Virus record (IMG/VR): IMGVR_UViG_3300037047_000003
Span: 1-39,762 of that record
Length of the DNA: 39,762 nucleotides
From: a virus
Taxonomy: Duplodnaviria; Caudoviricetes
Direction: 5' to 3' (one strand)
Part shown: one piece after another, positions 26,670-34,745 of the stretch
Layout of the letters: each line of letters opens with the position of its first letter
Numbering within the stretch: position 1 is the first letter of the stretch
Notes under the pieces: generated by a model
Databases searched by the model: none
The model's input: only the letters and a program-made list of their open reading frames with translations
What the model was told of the DNA's origin: nothing
Program-made: the position numbers and the translations under genes

Positions 26670-27896
26670 CTATACATCTATTCCGGTCGTATCGTCGCTG
26701 CCGTTGGCCGACGACGACGAAACTCCTCTATAGGGGGGTGTGGGGGGATGTGGTTCGTCGTCAACCGCATCCAAAACTGGCGCCCATGTCTTCGTCTTAT
26801 GGCGCTCATCTGTCTGTATAACGCCGGCCTGTTCTATCCGCCGGCTTGTTGCTGCCGCCGCGACCATCCGCGTCGCGTGTTGCGTCGTGACCTGCAAGTG
26901 CTTGGCAATGTCCATCGTCGTCGCCTCGCCGCCAAGCGCTCGTATGGCCTCGACGACGCGCTGCCCGGCGTCCTTCGTGTCGCGACCGCGCTGCAGGCGC
27001 TCGCGCTCATCGCCGTCCTGCACGCGGAACCGCAGCGTGTGGCGGTTCATCACCCACGAGAACTTCGGAGGCATGTCGATCCGGCCCTGGCAATCGGCCT
27101 CGCCTTCGAGGTCCTCCTCGGCATTGCGCCGCACCTTATCGAGGATCATGTAGCAGTCCACCGCGCTCTGTAGCGCGTTGCTGCCGCTTATCCTGTCACC
27201 GCCCTCGGCCATCGGGTTCTTATTGCTGTGCGCCACCAGCAGGATGCTCCCGCCGTTGGGCAGCCGCCCGGCCAGGTCCATCAGAGGGCGCAGTCGCGTG
27301 GTCACCTCAGCGGCGTCGTTCCAGTTCGCCACCCCGAACGCCTGGCGCGCCGTGTCCAGCACGATCAGGCTCGGACCGACCTCCGCCACCTTCTGCTCCA
27401 GCCACACCGCGCCATCCGGCGTGCTCACGTCACGCCGCCCCTTGTAGATGTAGAACTCCGGGCTGCGTTCGAGCGTCCCGCGCTGCGCCAGGCGCTCCTT
27501 GAACTGCCACGGGCTGTCCTCCATCGAGAAATAGCAGACCGGACCCTTCTTCGTTGCAAGCTCCAGCACGCGATCGCCGATCGCCACTGCCTCAGCGATC
27601 TCCAGCGCCAGGAAGGTCTTGCCGCTTTTGGGCTTGCCGGCCAACAGGAACACGCAGTTCGGCGGGATGAGCTTTTCGACATGTCCCTTGGGCTGCGGCC
27701 CGAGCCCGGCCGCCCACTCTGCGACCTGCAGCAGCTCCGGCTCGTTTTCCTCGCTCTCTGTGCGCCACACCTCCTGCGCCACTCCCCATGCCGGAGCGGC
27801 GCCGCCCGCCAGCTCGGCCACGACCGTAAACACCGCCTCCAACTCCTGCCGTGTTCGCACGCCATCCAACGCCGACCGTATCTGACCGATCTCCAC
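26670..27896 (-). CDS. Replicative helicase, RecA-like AAA_25/RepA family, with C-terminal wHTH
   Basis: Walker A AGKPKSGKT, YFSMED, Walker B LIVLDT, LLVAHSNK and ISGSNAL motifs. Confidence 0.9.
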   Translation of the reverse strand: MEIGQIRSALDGVRTRQELEAVFTVVAELAGGAAPAWGVAQEVWRTESEENEPELLQVAEWAAGLGPQPKGHVEKLIPPNCVFLLAGKPKSGKTFLALEIAEAVAIGDRVLELATKKGPVCYFSMEDSPWQFKERLAQRGTLERSPEFYIYKGRRDVSTPDGAVWLEQKVAEVGPSLIVLDTARQAFGVANWNDAAEVTTRLRPLMDLAGRLPNGGSILLVAHSNKNPMAEGGDRISGSNALQSAVDCYMILDKVRRNAEEDLEGEADCQGRIDMPPKFSWVMNRHTLRFRVQDGDERERLQRGRDTKDAGQRVVEAIRALGGEATTMDIAKHLQVTTQHATRMVAAAATSRRIEQAGVIQTDERHKTKTWAPVLDAVDDEPHPPTPPYRGVSSSSANGSDDTTGIDV

Positions 27897-27908
27897 CGTG
27901 TTCCCCCT

Positions 27909-29066
27909 CTACATCGCAGCCAGCGCGCGCTCGATCGTCCGCCGCCGGTAATCCGCCCGCCGCCACTTCTCACGCCGCGCCAGCATCGAGCGCCCGAACA
28001 CGCGCTCCATCCGCGCCGGATCCCGATCCGTCCACCACGCCAGGCGCATCATCAGCGCCATGTCGGCCCGGCTCTCGTCGCCGTCGTAATGCCCGAGGTC
28101 GCCGCTCATCAGCGCCCCGAACTCCGCCGACGCCCTACATGCCGCCGTGATCAGATCCTCGTCGTTGCCGAACACGCGCCCGCTATGCGGCAGCCCCTTA
28201 CGCCCGGCCAGTCCGACGCGTCCGCCCTGTCCGCCCTGTCCGACAGGCAGCATCGGCAGCGTCTCGCCCCACCACCGCGCCTCATGCCGCTCAACCCCAG
28301 GCACGTATGCCGCATCCACCGGCGTCGGAGGCACGCGCTTGTGATAGAGCGTGCCCGGCACTCGCAGCACCCGCGCTTCCTCGGCGGCGTTGCCGTCGGC
28401 GTGCGGGCCGGGTTTCCGGCCGCCTATGGCCGTCACAACGCGTTTCAGGAGGTCGCGGTATGCACAGCGCCGCCCATTGTCTGCCAGGCTGTGCGTGTCA
28501 CGTAGAGGCCAATACACATGCGCTCCGCCGGAGGCAGTGACCACCATGGCGACCATGTGCGGCAGCAGTCCCGAAGCCTTCAGCAGGTCAAACACGCCGC
28601 TCGGGTCGTTCCCGGCGTCTACGTCGGCCCACAGCATGCGCGCCTGCCGGACATCGCGGGCGAATCCGCCCTTGCCGGAGCGCGGCAGTACGCCCACGTA
28701 GACGTCGTACTCACCGGCTATCTCGATGCACCACCGCGCGGCCCGCTCCAGGTACTCGACCTCCAGCCCAAACCATCGCCGCAGCACCCGCCCGTCCGAT
28801 TCGCCCGACTGGTCAGGCCGTATCGCCCGCACCTCGCACGTCAGCGGATCGTCCGCCGGGTAACCGCCCATGAGGAACTGCAGAAACATCAGTGCGCGAC
28901 CCACCGGATCATCGCAGGCTCGTGGCAGGGCTTCGAGCCTTCTCCGGGCGCTCGACGCCAGGGTGGCCCGCTCCCCGGTGTGGTCGCGCTCGTCCGGCAC
29001 AGCGCCGGACGCATGAACGGGCGTGATGGAAGCACTCGGTTGGCCCATCACGCCCGTGATCGTCAT
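27909..29066 (-). CDS. RepB-type (AEP superfamily) primase with NrS-1-like helical bundle domain
   Basis: DVYVGVLPR, LWADVD, TASGGAHVYW and ARVLRVPGT motifs; C-terminal DESRADMAL..LAWWT..D..RM.RVF..S...R.KW...DY..RTI. Confidence 0.85.
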   Translation of the reverse strand: MTITGVMGQPSASITPVHASGAVPDERDHTGERATLASSARRRLEALPRACDDPVGRALMFLQFLMGGYPADDPLTCEVRAIRPDQSGESDGRVLRRWFGLEVEYLERAARWCIEIAGEYDVYVGVLPRSGKGGFARDVRQARMLWADVDAGNDPSGVFDLLKASGLLPHMVAMVVTASGGAHVYWPLRDTHSLADNGRRCAYRDLLKRVVTAIGGRKPGPHADGNAAEEARVLRVPGTLYHKRVPPTPVDAAYVPGVERHEARWWGETLPMLPVGQGGQGGRVGLAGRKGLPHSGRVFGNDEDLITAACRASAEFGALMSGDLGHYDGDESRADMALMMRLAWWTDRDPARMERVFGRSMLARREKWRRADYRRRTIERALAAM

Positions 29067-29067
29067 G

Positions 29068-29547
29068 TCAGTCGGCGAACGGATCGAAGTCGTCGGCCGG
29101 CGCAGGCTTCGGCTCGGGCTTCGGCTCGGTCTTCGGATCGGTCTTCGCCGCCACGTAAGGCTTCATCGAGGTCGGCCATGCAATCGTCTTGCCGCCCTTC
29201 GTCTCCTCGTGCGAGACGTAGGCGCTCCAGACGCGCCCAACCAGTTCGTCCGGGTCGAACTCGTCAACGTCCGGGTCAATGCCCGGCACGAGCTTTTTGG
29301 CGAGCTTGCCTGTCTTGTTCCGGCTGCTGATCGCCGGCGGGAGAAGCAACCTCAACTCCTGCCTGTTCCCGTCGTCGTCTTTTTTGTTCGATGCGAACGT
29401 CAGCACCAGCACGTCGGCCTTCTGATCGTCGCTCTTCCCGTCCGGGTAGGCGCTCGTGATGCGCTCGATCGTGCTCGTCATCAGCTTGAGGACGTGCTCC
29501 CCCTCGTCGGGGAGTGCGAACTCACGGCTCTTCGGTAGTGCGGCCAT
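29068..29547 (-). CDS. Probable single-stranded DNA-binding protein
   Basis: LPDEGEH N-terminus, beta-rich core, DELVGR motif and acidic tail ADDFDPFAD; lies between exonuclease and primase. Confidence 0.65.
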   Translation of the reverse strand: MAALPKSREFALPDEGEHVLKLMTSTIERITSAYPDGKSDDQKADVLVLTFASNKKDDDGNRQELRLLLPPAISSRNKTGKLAKKLVPGIDPDVDEFDPDELVGRVWSAYVSHEETKGGKTIAWPTSMKPYVAAKTDPKTEPKPEPKPAPADDFDPFAD

Positions 29548-30183
29548 TCAGTTCCCCTTTCCGTTCCCGTTCTTCTTCGAGAACTCGTGTCGGATGATCT
29601 CGCGCAGGCTGTCGTAGGTCGTGGCGGCCACCTGCGCGATGTCCTGGCCGTCCGCGATCTCGACCGTGCACCCGGCGTGGTATTCGGTCGAGTTGTAGTT
29701 GAGGCTGATGTTGCGCGTGACCCCGCAGGAGATGCTCGTCACGCGGGGGCGCTGTTTGTGCGGCTCGTCCGACCTGTCCAGCTCGTCCGACGGCGCCGGA
29801 TCCGCCTGGCTCTGCACGTACTCGGCGTCGCGCAGCGCCTGCCCTGCCGCCGTATCGTCGAACTCCGCGATCTCAGCTTCGGAGGCCCACACCGGAGCCA
29901 CTGCCGTATCGGCGTCCAGACGGAGGTTCTCGAACCGCGCGCGGATGATCGACAGGTTCACGTCATGCGCCTGACCGCTGGGGCTCAGGATCGTCAAGCC
30001 GCCGTCCACCATGCCGCCCACCGTCCACTCAATCTCGGGGTTCACCCGCGACCTCAACCGATCGCCGATCCGATACTCGCCGTCCGATGTAACCGGCTGG
30101 GTCTTCGCCCGCAGTCGCTCAGTGCGGCTCTGCGTCGGGCGCCTGGCCGTTGCGTCCGGCGCCTCGCGTGTCAATGTCGCCAT
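29548..30183 (-). CDS. Hypothetical protein (211 aa)
   Basis: ATG right after the exonuclease stop; SH3-like N-terminal part; C-terminal TRNISLNYNS motif. Confidence 0.7.
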   Translation of the reverse strand: MATLTREAPDATARRPTQSRTERLRAKTQPVTSDGEYRIGDRLRSRVNPEIEWTVGGMVDGGLTILSPSGQAHDVNLSIIRARFENLRLDADTAVAPVWASEAEIAEFDDTAAGQALRDAEYVQSQADPAPSDELDRSDEPHKQRPRVTSISCGVTRNISLNYNSTEYHAGCTVEIADGQDIAQVAATTYDSLREIIRHEFSKKNGNGKGN

Positions 30184-30184
30184 G

Positions 30185-31102
30185 TCATGCCTTCCTTGGC
30201 TTGAGCAGGAACCGCCTCGATCCGGGGACCTCGACTGTTCGCGCGTACTTCTCATAGAGCCCATCGGAGCGCAGCGCCTCTTCGTCGAGCGCGGTCCTGA
30301 CCGTCGTCTTCGCGCTCTTCCACGTAACCTCGCCCCAGTCGGGCAGCACCATCACCGCCGCGTCGCCCATCTCGACCTTGAGGCGCGCTTCGAGCAGCCG
30401 TTTCTGCTCCTCGATCTCCTTGAGCGCGGCCTTCACGTGCACCAGCTCGGCGGCCGTGAGCGCCAGCTCCTCGCGCTCGATCGTGATTGTTGTCCCACCG
30501 TCGGACCTGAACAAGCCCTTCAGCGCATCGGAGTCGCCGGCCTCGACGGGTGGGGGATCTTCGTCCAGCACGCGCTGCCAGAACTCCTGCTCGATGCGGA
30601 ACAGCTCGGCGTGGTACTCGGCGTCGGCCTGGACCTCGAAGGTCCGAAACACTTGTCCTCCGACGAGCCACGCGAACGCTCCCCAGGCGTAGCCGGTGAC
30701 GAGCAGATAGTGCTGAATCTGTCCGTAGTAGTGATCGGGCACGTCGTCCTCGTCGCTCACCGTGACGCCGAACGCGCCGCTGGTCTTCACCTCCAGCACG
30801 CCCGGGCCCCGAGGGTCGCCCACGATCTGCCGGTCAACGTTGGCGATCATCCACTCGTGCTGCTTGTGCCGCAGCATCGGTTGGCGTCGGACCTTGCGGC
30901 CGGTCACCTCGCAGTAGCGCTTCGCCACCGGCTCTTCGAGGATGCGGCCCCAGTACATCGCCTCGCTGTCGCGGTCCTCGCGATACAGCCCGGTCTTCTC
31001 CAGCCACAACTGGTAGGGGGTCTTCCACGGGTTGCCGGCCAGTACCCCGGCGTCGCTCCCGCCCAGACCCGTCAGACGCTTAGCGTGGAACTCGGCGGTC
31101 AT
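30185..31102 (-). CDS. YqaJ-family (lambda-exo-like) exonuclease
   Basis: RLTGLGGSDA, NPWKTPYQLWLEKTG, WGRILE, MIANVDR, LEVKT and YYGQIQHYL motifs. Confidence 0.93.
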   Translation of the reverse strand: MTAEFHAKRLTGLGGSDAGVLAGNPWKTPYQLWLEKTGLYREDRDSEAMYWGRILEEPVAKRYCEVTGRKVRRQPMLRHKQHEWMIANVDRQIVGDPRGPGVLEVKTSGAFGVTVSDEDDVPDHYYGQIQHYLLVTGYAWGAFAWLVGGQVFRTFEVQADAEYHAELFRIEQEFWQRVLDEDPPPVEAGDSDALKGLFRSDGGTTITIEREELALTAAELVHVKAALKEIEEQKRLLEARLKVEMGDAAVMVLPDWGEVTWKSAKTTVRTALDEEALRSDGLYEKYARTVEVPGSRRFLLKPRKA

Positions 31103-31179
31103 CGCGTCACCGCCAAGCGCACCGTCAGCGTCGCCCTCTTCCCACAGCACTTGCACCGAACTCCGTCTCGTGCTATCAT
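31099..31179 (-). CDS. 26-aa CxxC peptide coupled to the exonuclease gene
   Basis: SD AAAGGAG; MIARDGVRCKCCGKRATLTVRLAVTR; ATGA overlap with the exonuclease start. Confidence 0.55.
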   Translation of the reverse strand: MIARDGVRCKCCGKRATLTVRLAVTR

Positions 31180-31262
31180 CTGTCCGTTCTCCTTTCACCC
31201 GAGGCCTGCTGCGCTCCACCGTCGCGGGCCTCTCTCTTTCGGGGTCGCCCGCCCGGTCGGGT

Positions 31263-31487
31263 TCATGCCGTCGCCAGCGAACGCTGTATCTCGCGGACCC
31301 AGTTACGGATCGTCTGATCGGTCACGCTGACGCCGGTGCGCTCGGCCAGTTCCAGCGCCATGTGCGGCCACGGCATGGCCGCACGGTCCATCTCCAGCAG
31401 TACGTCAACCAGCGCGCCGTCAAGGGCAGCGTCCATCTGAGCCCACTCTCGCCGGGGCCTGCCCGGCGATCGCTTTAGAGCCTCCAT
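31263..31487 (-). CDS. Small HTH DNA-binding protein (Cro-like position, 74 aa)
   Basis: SD GAGGAGG; MALELAERTGVSVTDQTIRNWV; first gene after a strong promoter. Confidence 0.75.
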   Translation of the reverse strand: MEALKRSPGRPRREWAQMDAALDGALVDVLLEMDRAAMPWPHMALELAERTGVSVTDQTIRNWVREIQRSLATA

Positions 31488-31505
31488 GTGCCCTCCTCTC
31501 AGTAG

Positions 31506-31534
31506 ATTATAGCGGATTACTTCGGATTGTGCAA
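31506..31534 (-). promoter_or_regulatory. sigma70 promoter P2 (TTGCAC-17 bp-TATAAT)
   Basis: Near-consensus hexamers with 17-bp spacing in an AT-richer intergenic gap, upstream of the HTH gene. Confidence 0.85.
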
Positions 31535-31619
31535 CGGTTGTTTTACGCCTATCTGCCAGTCCCACAGCGCGCGCTCCGGGTGCGATGTTCTGCGCGCATG
31601 GACGGCCTGCCCCGGTCAT

Positions 31620-31638
31620 GCCCGGATGCGCTCCGGGC
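31620..31638 (-). terminator. GC hairpin after the SWIM gene (possible terminator)
   Basis: GCCCGGA-5 nt-TCCGGGC, 7 nt after the stop; no U-tract. Confidence 0.35.
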
Positions 31639-31645
31639 GGGCGGG

Positions 31646-31912
31646 TCAGTAGCCGAACTCGTCCAGCGCGGCATTGGTGAGCCCGCTGACCAGTTCGACG
31701 TGTCGGCAATCGCGCCCGTGAGACGCCGCCGGGCAGGTGCAGTTCCAAAGGCTTGCCTCCTCTGCCACACGCCGAACGAACCGGACCTCGTAGGTCGCGC
31801 TGCCCTTCGACGACGGGACGATGAACCGCTCCCGCTCCGTGTCTGTCTCAGGGACGTACTGCACATCGCGCTCACGGCATAGCTCGTCCAGATACTGCTC
31901 GTACTCGCTCAT
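31646..31912 (-). CDS. SWIM zinc-finger protein (88 aa)
   Basis: FIVPSSKGSATYEV...WNCTCPA...DCRHV (CxC...CxH); SD GAGGAG. Confidence 0.85.
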   Translation of the reverse strand: MSEYEQYLDELCRERDVQYVPETDTERERFIVPSSKGSATYEVRFVRRVAEEASLWNCTCPAASHGRDCRHVELVSGLTNAALDEFGY

Positions 31913-32021
31913 GCTCGTCTCTCCTCGCCCTGCGCGCCCAGAGGGTCGCGGCTTGCGGGCCCGTGATGGATGGGGCGGGCAGGTTGCGAGCCTGCCCAAG
32001 AGCGCGCTCGCCCCGGTTGTG

Positions 32022-32225
32022 TCAGTGCATATCGCAGTCCTTGCAGAACGCCGTCCAGCACCGCTTGCAGACCTGCTCGGTCAACCCGAGCCTGCGCTGC
32101 ACCTCGCTGAAGTCCGGCCTGTCAAGATCGTTTACAGTCGCGGTCAGGATGCGCGCCTGCCAGTTGAGGTTGGTCTCGCCGCAATACGTCCGGTCGCTGC
32201 CGCTGCGTGTGATGTGGGTCTACAT
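32022..32225 (-). pseudogene. Zinc-finger-like early gene interrupted by TAG at codon 2
   Basis: SD GAGGAG, then ATG TAG, then 65 open codons THITRSGSDRTYCG...VCKRCWTAFCKDCDMH and TGA. Confidence 0.7.
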
Positions 32226-32434
32226 GGTCGTCGTCTCCTCGTGTGTTGTAGCTGCATGGGGCGGACGGGTAACGGTTGCGCCTGCGGACATCCTCGCCCC
32301 CTCTGTCTCTCTCGTCTCGTCAGTTGTTGCCCGGTTCGCTGGGTCTCTGCGCCGCCGCCACCTCAGATGCCATGTCTTCCGTCCGGGTTCTCCGGTCTAG
32401 GCAAGTCCTACGTGTCCGGTTCGCTATGTTGTTG

Positions 32435-32450
32435 TGGTATTAATATACCA
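32435..32450. promoter_or_regulatory. Palindromic operator candidate TGGTAT-N4-ATACCA overlapping the P1 -10
   Basis: Perfect 6-bp inverted repeat covering the -10 and start region. Confidence 0.5.
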
Positions 32451-32470
32451 TTCCTTCAGGGCAGAGTCAA
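32442..32470 (-). promoter_or_regulatory. sigma70 early promoter P1 (TTGACT-17 bp-TATATT, extended TG)
   Basis: Near-consensus -35 and -10 with a TGn extension, just downstream of the late terminator. Confidence 0.85.
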
Positions 32471-32519
32471 CAGGTCCGGCAAAAACACTTCAGGTTTTTG
32501 TGGGCACGCCGGAGCCACG

Positions 32520-32553
32520 AACGACGAAGCCCCCATCCGGCGCCGGGGGCCTC
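32520..32553 (-). terminator. Intrinsic terminator ending the late operon
   Basis: GAGGCCCCC-10 nt-GGGGGCTTC followed by GTCGTT, 23 nt after the stop at 32577. Confidence 0.65.
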
Positions 32554-32576
32554 AATGGATGGTGCGCCGAGCGGGG

Positions 32577-33911
32577 TTACGACGAGTACCCGAGCACCTG
32601 CGGGAGCGCGTAGGTCACCGCGTCCGCCGTCGTGAACTCGACGTACATCCCGGAGCCGCGCCGCGCACGGTAGACCGCCTGCCGCATGAGCGCCACCGTC
32701 AGCAGGCCGTTCGCGTCGCTCGTCGCCGTGAACGCCGTCGCCGTGTGCGCTGAGTTGTCCGGGGTCGTCGGCGGCGTCACCAGCGCGAACGAGAGCGTGA
32801 CGCTCGCCTCCAGGTCGCCATGGGCGTCGTAGGTGTAGACGTAGGCGTTGGTCTGGCTCGGGTCTGCTGCACCCGCGATTGCCACCGCCGTCATTTCCGG
32901 CGCAACAGCCTCGGTACCGTCAACGACGTGTGTGGTCGCCGTGTAGGTGTAGCCCGCGAGGGAGAGCGCGAGTGTCCACGTCCCGTCGTCGCAGTAGAAG
33001 GTCGCCACGCCGCTCGCGTCAGTCTGCTGCGCCAGCACCGTGATGCCCTTGCTGAAGCGGACGTGAACGTCCTCCAGCGGGTCGGTGCCGTCGGTCACGG
33101 TCACGGTGACGGTCCTCGCCCCGGAGCCTGCGTCAACCGTCAATGCCGCGATGTCCGCCGCGATAGACGCGCCTGCAGGAGCGCCAAGCCGAGCGTAGGC
33201 GTCGCCCGTCTGCTTGGTGTTGCCGGTGTAGGTGTCAATGGTCCCGACCACCCAATCCGCGAGCTTCTTCCCGATGCTCCCGACGGTGGTCATGCTGCTC
33301 GTGAGCGCCGCCCACACAGCCGCCGCCACATCGGCAACCAGCGTCCCGTAGGACGCGACGCTCCCGACCGCGCCGGTCACGGAGGCCACAGCCGAGGCGG
33401 AGGCGTCTACCGCCAGCTTGGTTGTGCCGCCTGCGTAGCCCGTGCCGTCGAACATCAGTTCGAGGTTGTCCGCCGCCGCGCTGTCGCCACTGATCTCGGT
33501 TGCGTTGACATCGAGCGTATCGCCACCGTCAATGAGCGCGTTGTTCAGCGCCGCCGCCCTGAACCCGATCGCTGGACCTCGCCACGGCAGGACGCCGGTG
33601 CAGTAGCCAGTAAACCATCCGAACCCCTCGGTGTCGTTGTTGATGCTCGCGCCGCCCGAGGCTGGTATCTCGATGGAGTACATGCCGTCGCCCTGATGCG
33701 CCCAATCGTATGCCCCGCCGGCGGTGGGCGTCACAGCCGTCTGCGACATCGCGCCGCCGGTGGTCACGAAGTTCCACACAAGGTCCATGCCTGCAGCGTC
33801 GTAGGCGATTGCGACCTCGCGGGTCTTGAAGTCGGTATCATCGGTCAGCGGGTAGATGTTGACCGGCACCTCCGCAAGCGCGGCGTCTACGTCCATCCAC
33901 AGGTCAGGCAT
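32577..33911 (-). CDS. Virion-like protein (444 aa) with C-terminal carboxypeptidase-regulatory-like beta-sandwich domains
   Basis: Thr/Ala/Gly-rich; VAAAVWAA and GSIGKKL fibre-type repeats; TVTDGTDPLEDVHV...TDASGVATF..DDGTW; SD AGGAGG. Confidence 0.7.
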   Translation of the reverse strand: MPDLWMDVDAALAEVPVNIYPLTDDTDFKTREVAIAYDAAGMDLVWNFVTTGGAMSQTAVTPTAGGAYDWAHQGDGMYSIEIPASGGASINNDTEGFGWFTGYCTGVLPWRGPAIGFRAAALNNALIDGGDTLDVNATEISGDSAAADNLELMFDGTGYAGGTTKLAVDASASAVASVTGAVGSVASYGTLVADVAAAVWAALTSSMTTVGSIGKKLADWVVGTIDTYTGNTKQTGDAYARLGAPAGASIAADIAALTVDAGSGARTVTVTVTDGTDPLEDVHVRFSKGITVLAQQTDASGVATFYCDDGTWTLALSLAGYTYTATTHVVDGTEAVAPEMTAVAIAGAADPSQTNAYVYTYDAHGDLEASVTLSFALVTPPTTPDNSAHTATAFTATSDANGLLTVALMRQAVYRARRGSGMYVEFTTADAVTYALPQVLGYSS

Positions 33912-33921
33912 GAAGCACCTC

Positions 33922-34599
33922 CTACTGGTTCATCCGGTACACGTAGCCGGGCATGGCGACCGCCGGATCGTCGCTGGAATACGTCGCGCCCGAGACGGTC
34001 AGGTTGTGCGAGCCCACCCACGATGTCTCAGGGTCAACGTTGCGCGTCAGGTCCCACAGGTCCACGATGCTTGCCGGTCGGATGCTCGGCGGAAACGCGC
34101 CTGCGGCAAGCTCCGCGACCTCGGCGTCGGTAAGCGCCACGTTCCAGATGCCAGGCCACGCGATGCGACCGGACAGGTGATACGACGCTAGGCTTTTTAG
34201 GTACGCAATCCGCGTGCGATTGAGCCCGGATGGTGTTACGTCATTGGCGTCTGTGCCAGCGTTCCCACCATTCAAATACACCTTGCGAGCGTTTGTAGCG
34301 CTGAACACGCCGCAGCAGTGATACCACGTTCCCGCACTCATGCCAGCAGACGTAGTAGCCGTGCGTCGCCCACCAGCGACGCTGCGTGTCACAGCCTGTA
34401 GGTAATCGCCAGCATCCGCACACCGCGCCTCAAGCGTAAAATACTCTGATGCAGAGTCCTGACCGACACACATCAGATGGCTGTTCACGGTATCGTCATC
34501 CGTCTTAAACCAGCATGCCATCGTCAGGGGAACACTGGACACCACCGCCCCGGCATACTCAAGGTACTGGCTCGCGGCGTCGTCGAACAGGCGCGACAT
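33922..34599 (-). CDS. LamG/concanavalin A-like lectin domain protein (225 aa)
   Basis: PLTMACWFK, GTWYHCCGVF, RKVYLNG and LSGRIA..GIWNVALTDAEVAEL motifs. Confidence 0.85.
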   Translation of the reverse strand: MSRLFDDAASQYLEYAGAVVSSVPLTMACWFKTDDDTVNSHLMCVGQDSASEYFTLEARCADAGDYLQAVTRSVAGGRRTATTSAGMSAGTWYHCCGVFSATNARKVYLNGGNAGTDANDVTPSGLNRTRIAYLKSLASYHLSGRIAWPGIWNVALTDAEVAELAAGAFPPSIRPASIVDLWDLTRNVDPETSWVGSHNLTVSGATYSSDDPAVAMPGYVYRMNQ

Positions 34600-34745
34600 C
34601 AGCCCCTCGCCTCCTCGCCAGTTCCAGAGCCCTGCGTGATCGCGTGCTTCGGAGCCGTGACGGCCTGCGAGACAGCGGCCAGCTTCAGTTCGAGAGCCAG
34701 CAGACGCGCCTGCAGCGCCTCGAACTCCTCGCGGGTTACGGTCAT
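34599..34745 (-). CDS. Small coiled-coil protein (48 aa)
   Basis: ATGA coupling; VTREEFEALQARLLALE. Confidence 0.6.
   Translation of the reverse strand: MTVTREEFEALQARLLALELKLAAVSQAVTAPKHAITQGSGTGEEARG

Noticed and set aside
3147-27911. Genome-wide TAG recoding, suggested by in-frame TAG junctions at 3147, 5677 and 27909 and by the ATG-TAG gene
   Set aside because: Many TAGs are clear ends: 8208 and 33922 overlap the next SD with the next gene out of frame, and 7774 and 36465 are followed quickly by another stop. Conserved genes have no internal TAG, and no suppressor tRNA was seen.
29100-29150. Short tandem repeats (also 25843-25875 and 28218-28243)
   Set aside because: They encode low-complexity linkers (KTDPKTEPKPEPKP, RTDRANRTDQ, GQGGQGG) and are not arrays or iterons.
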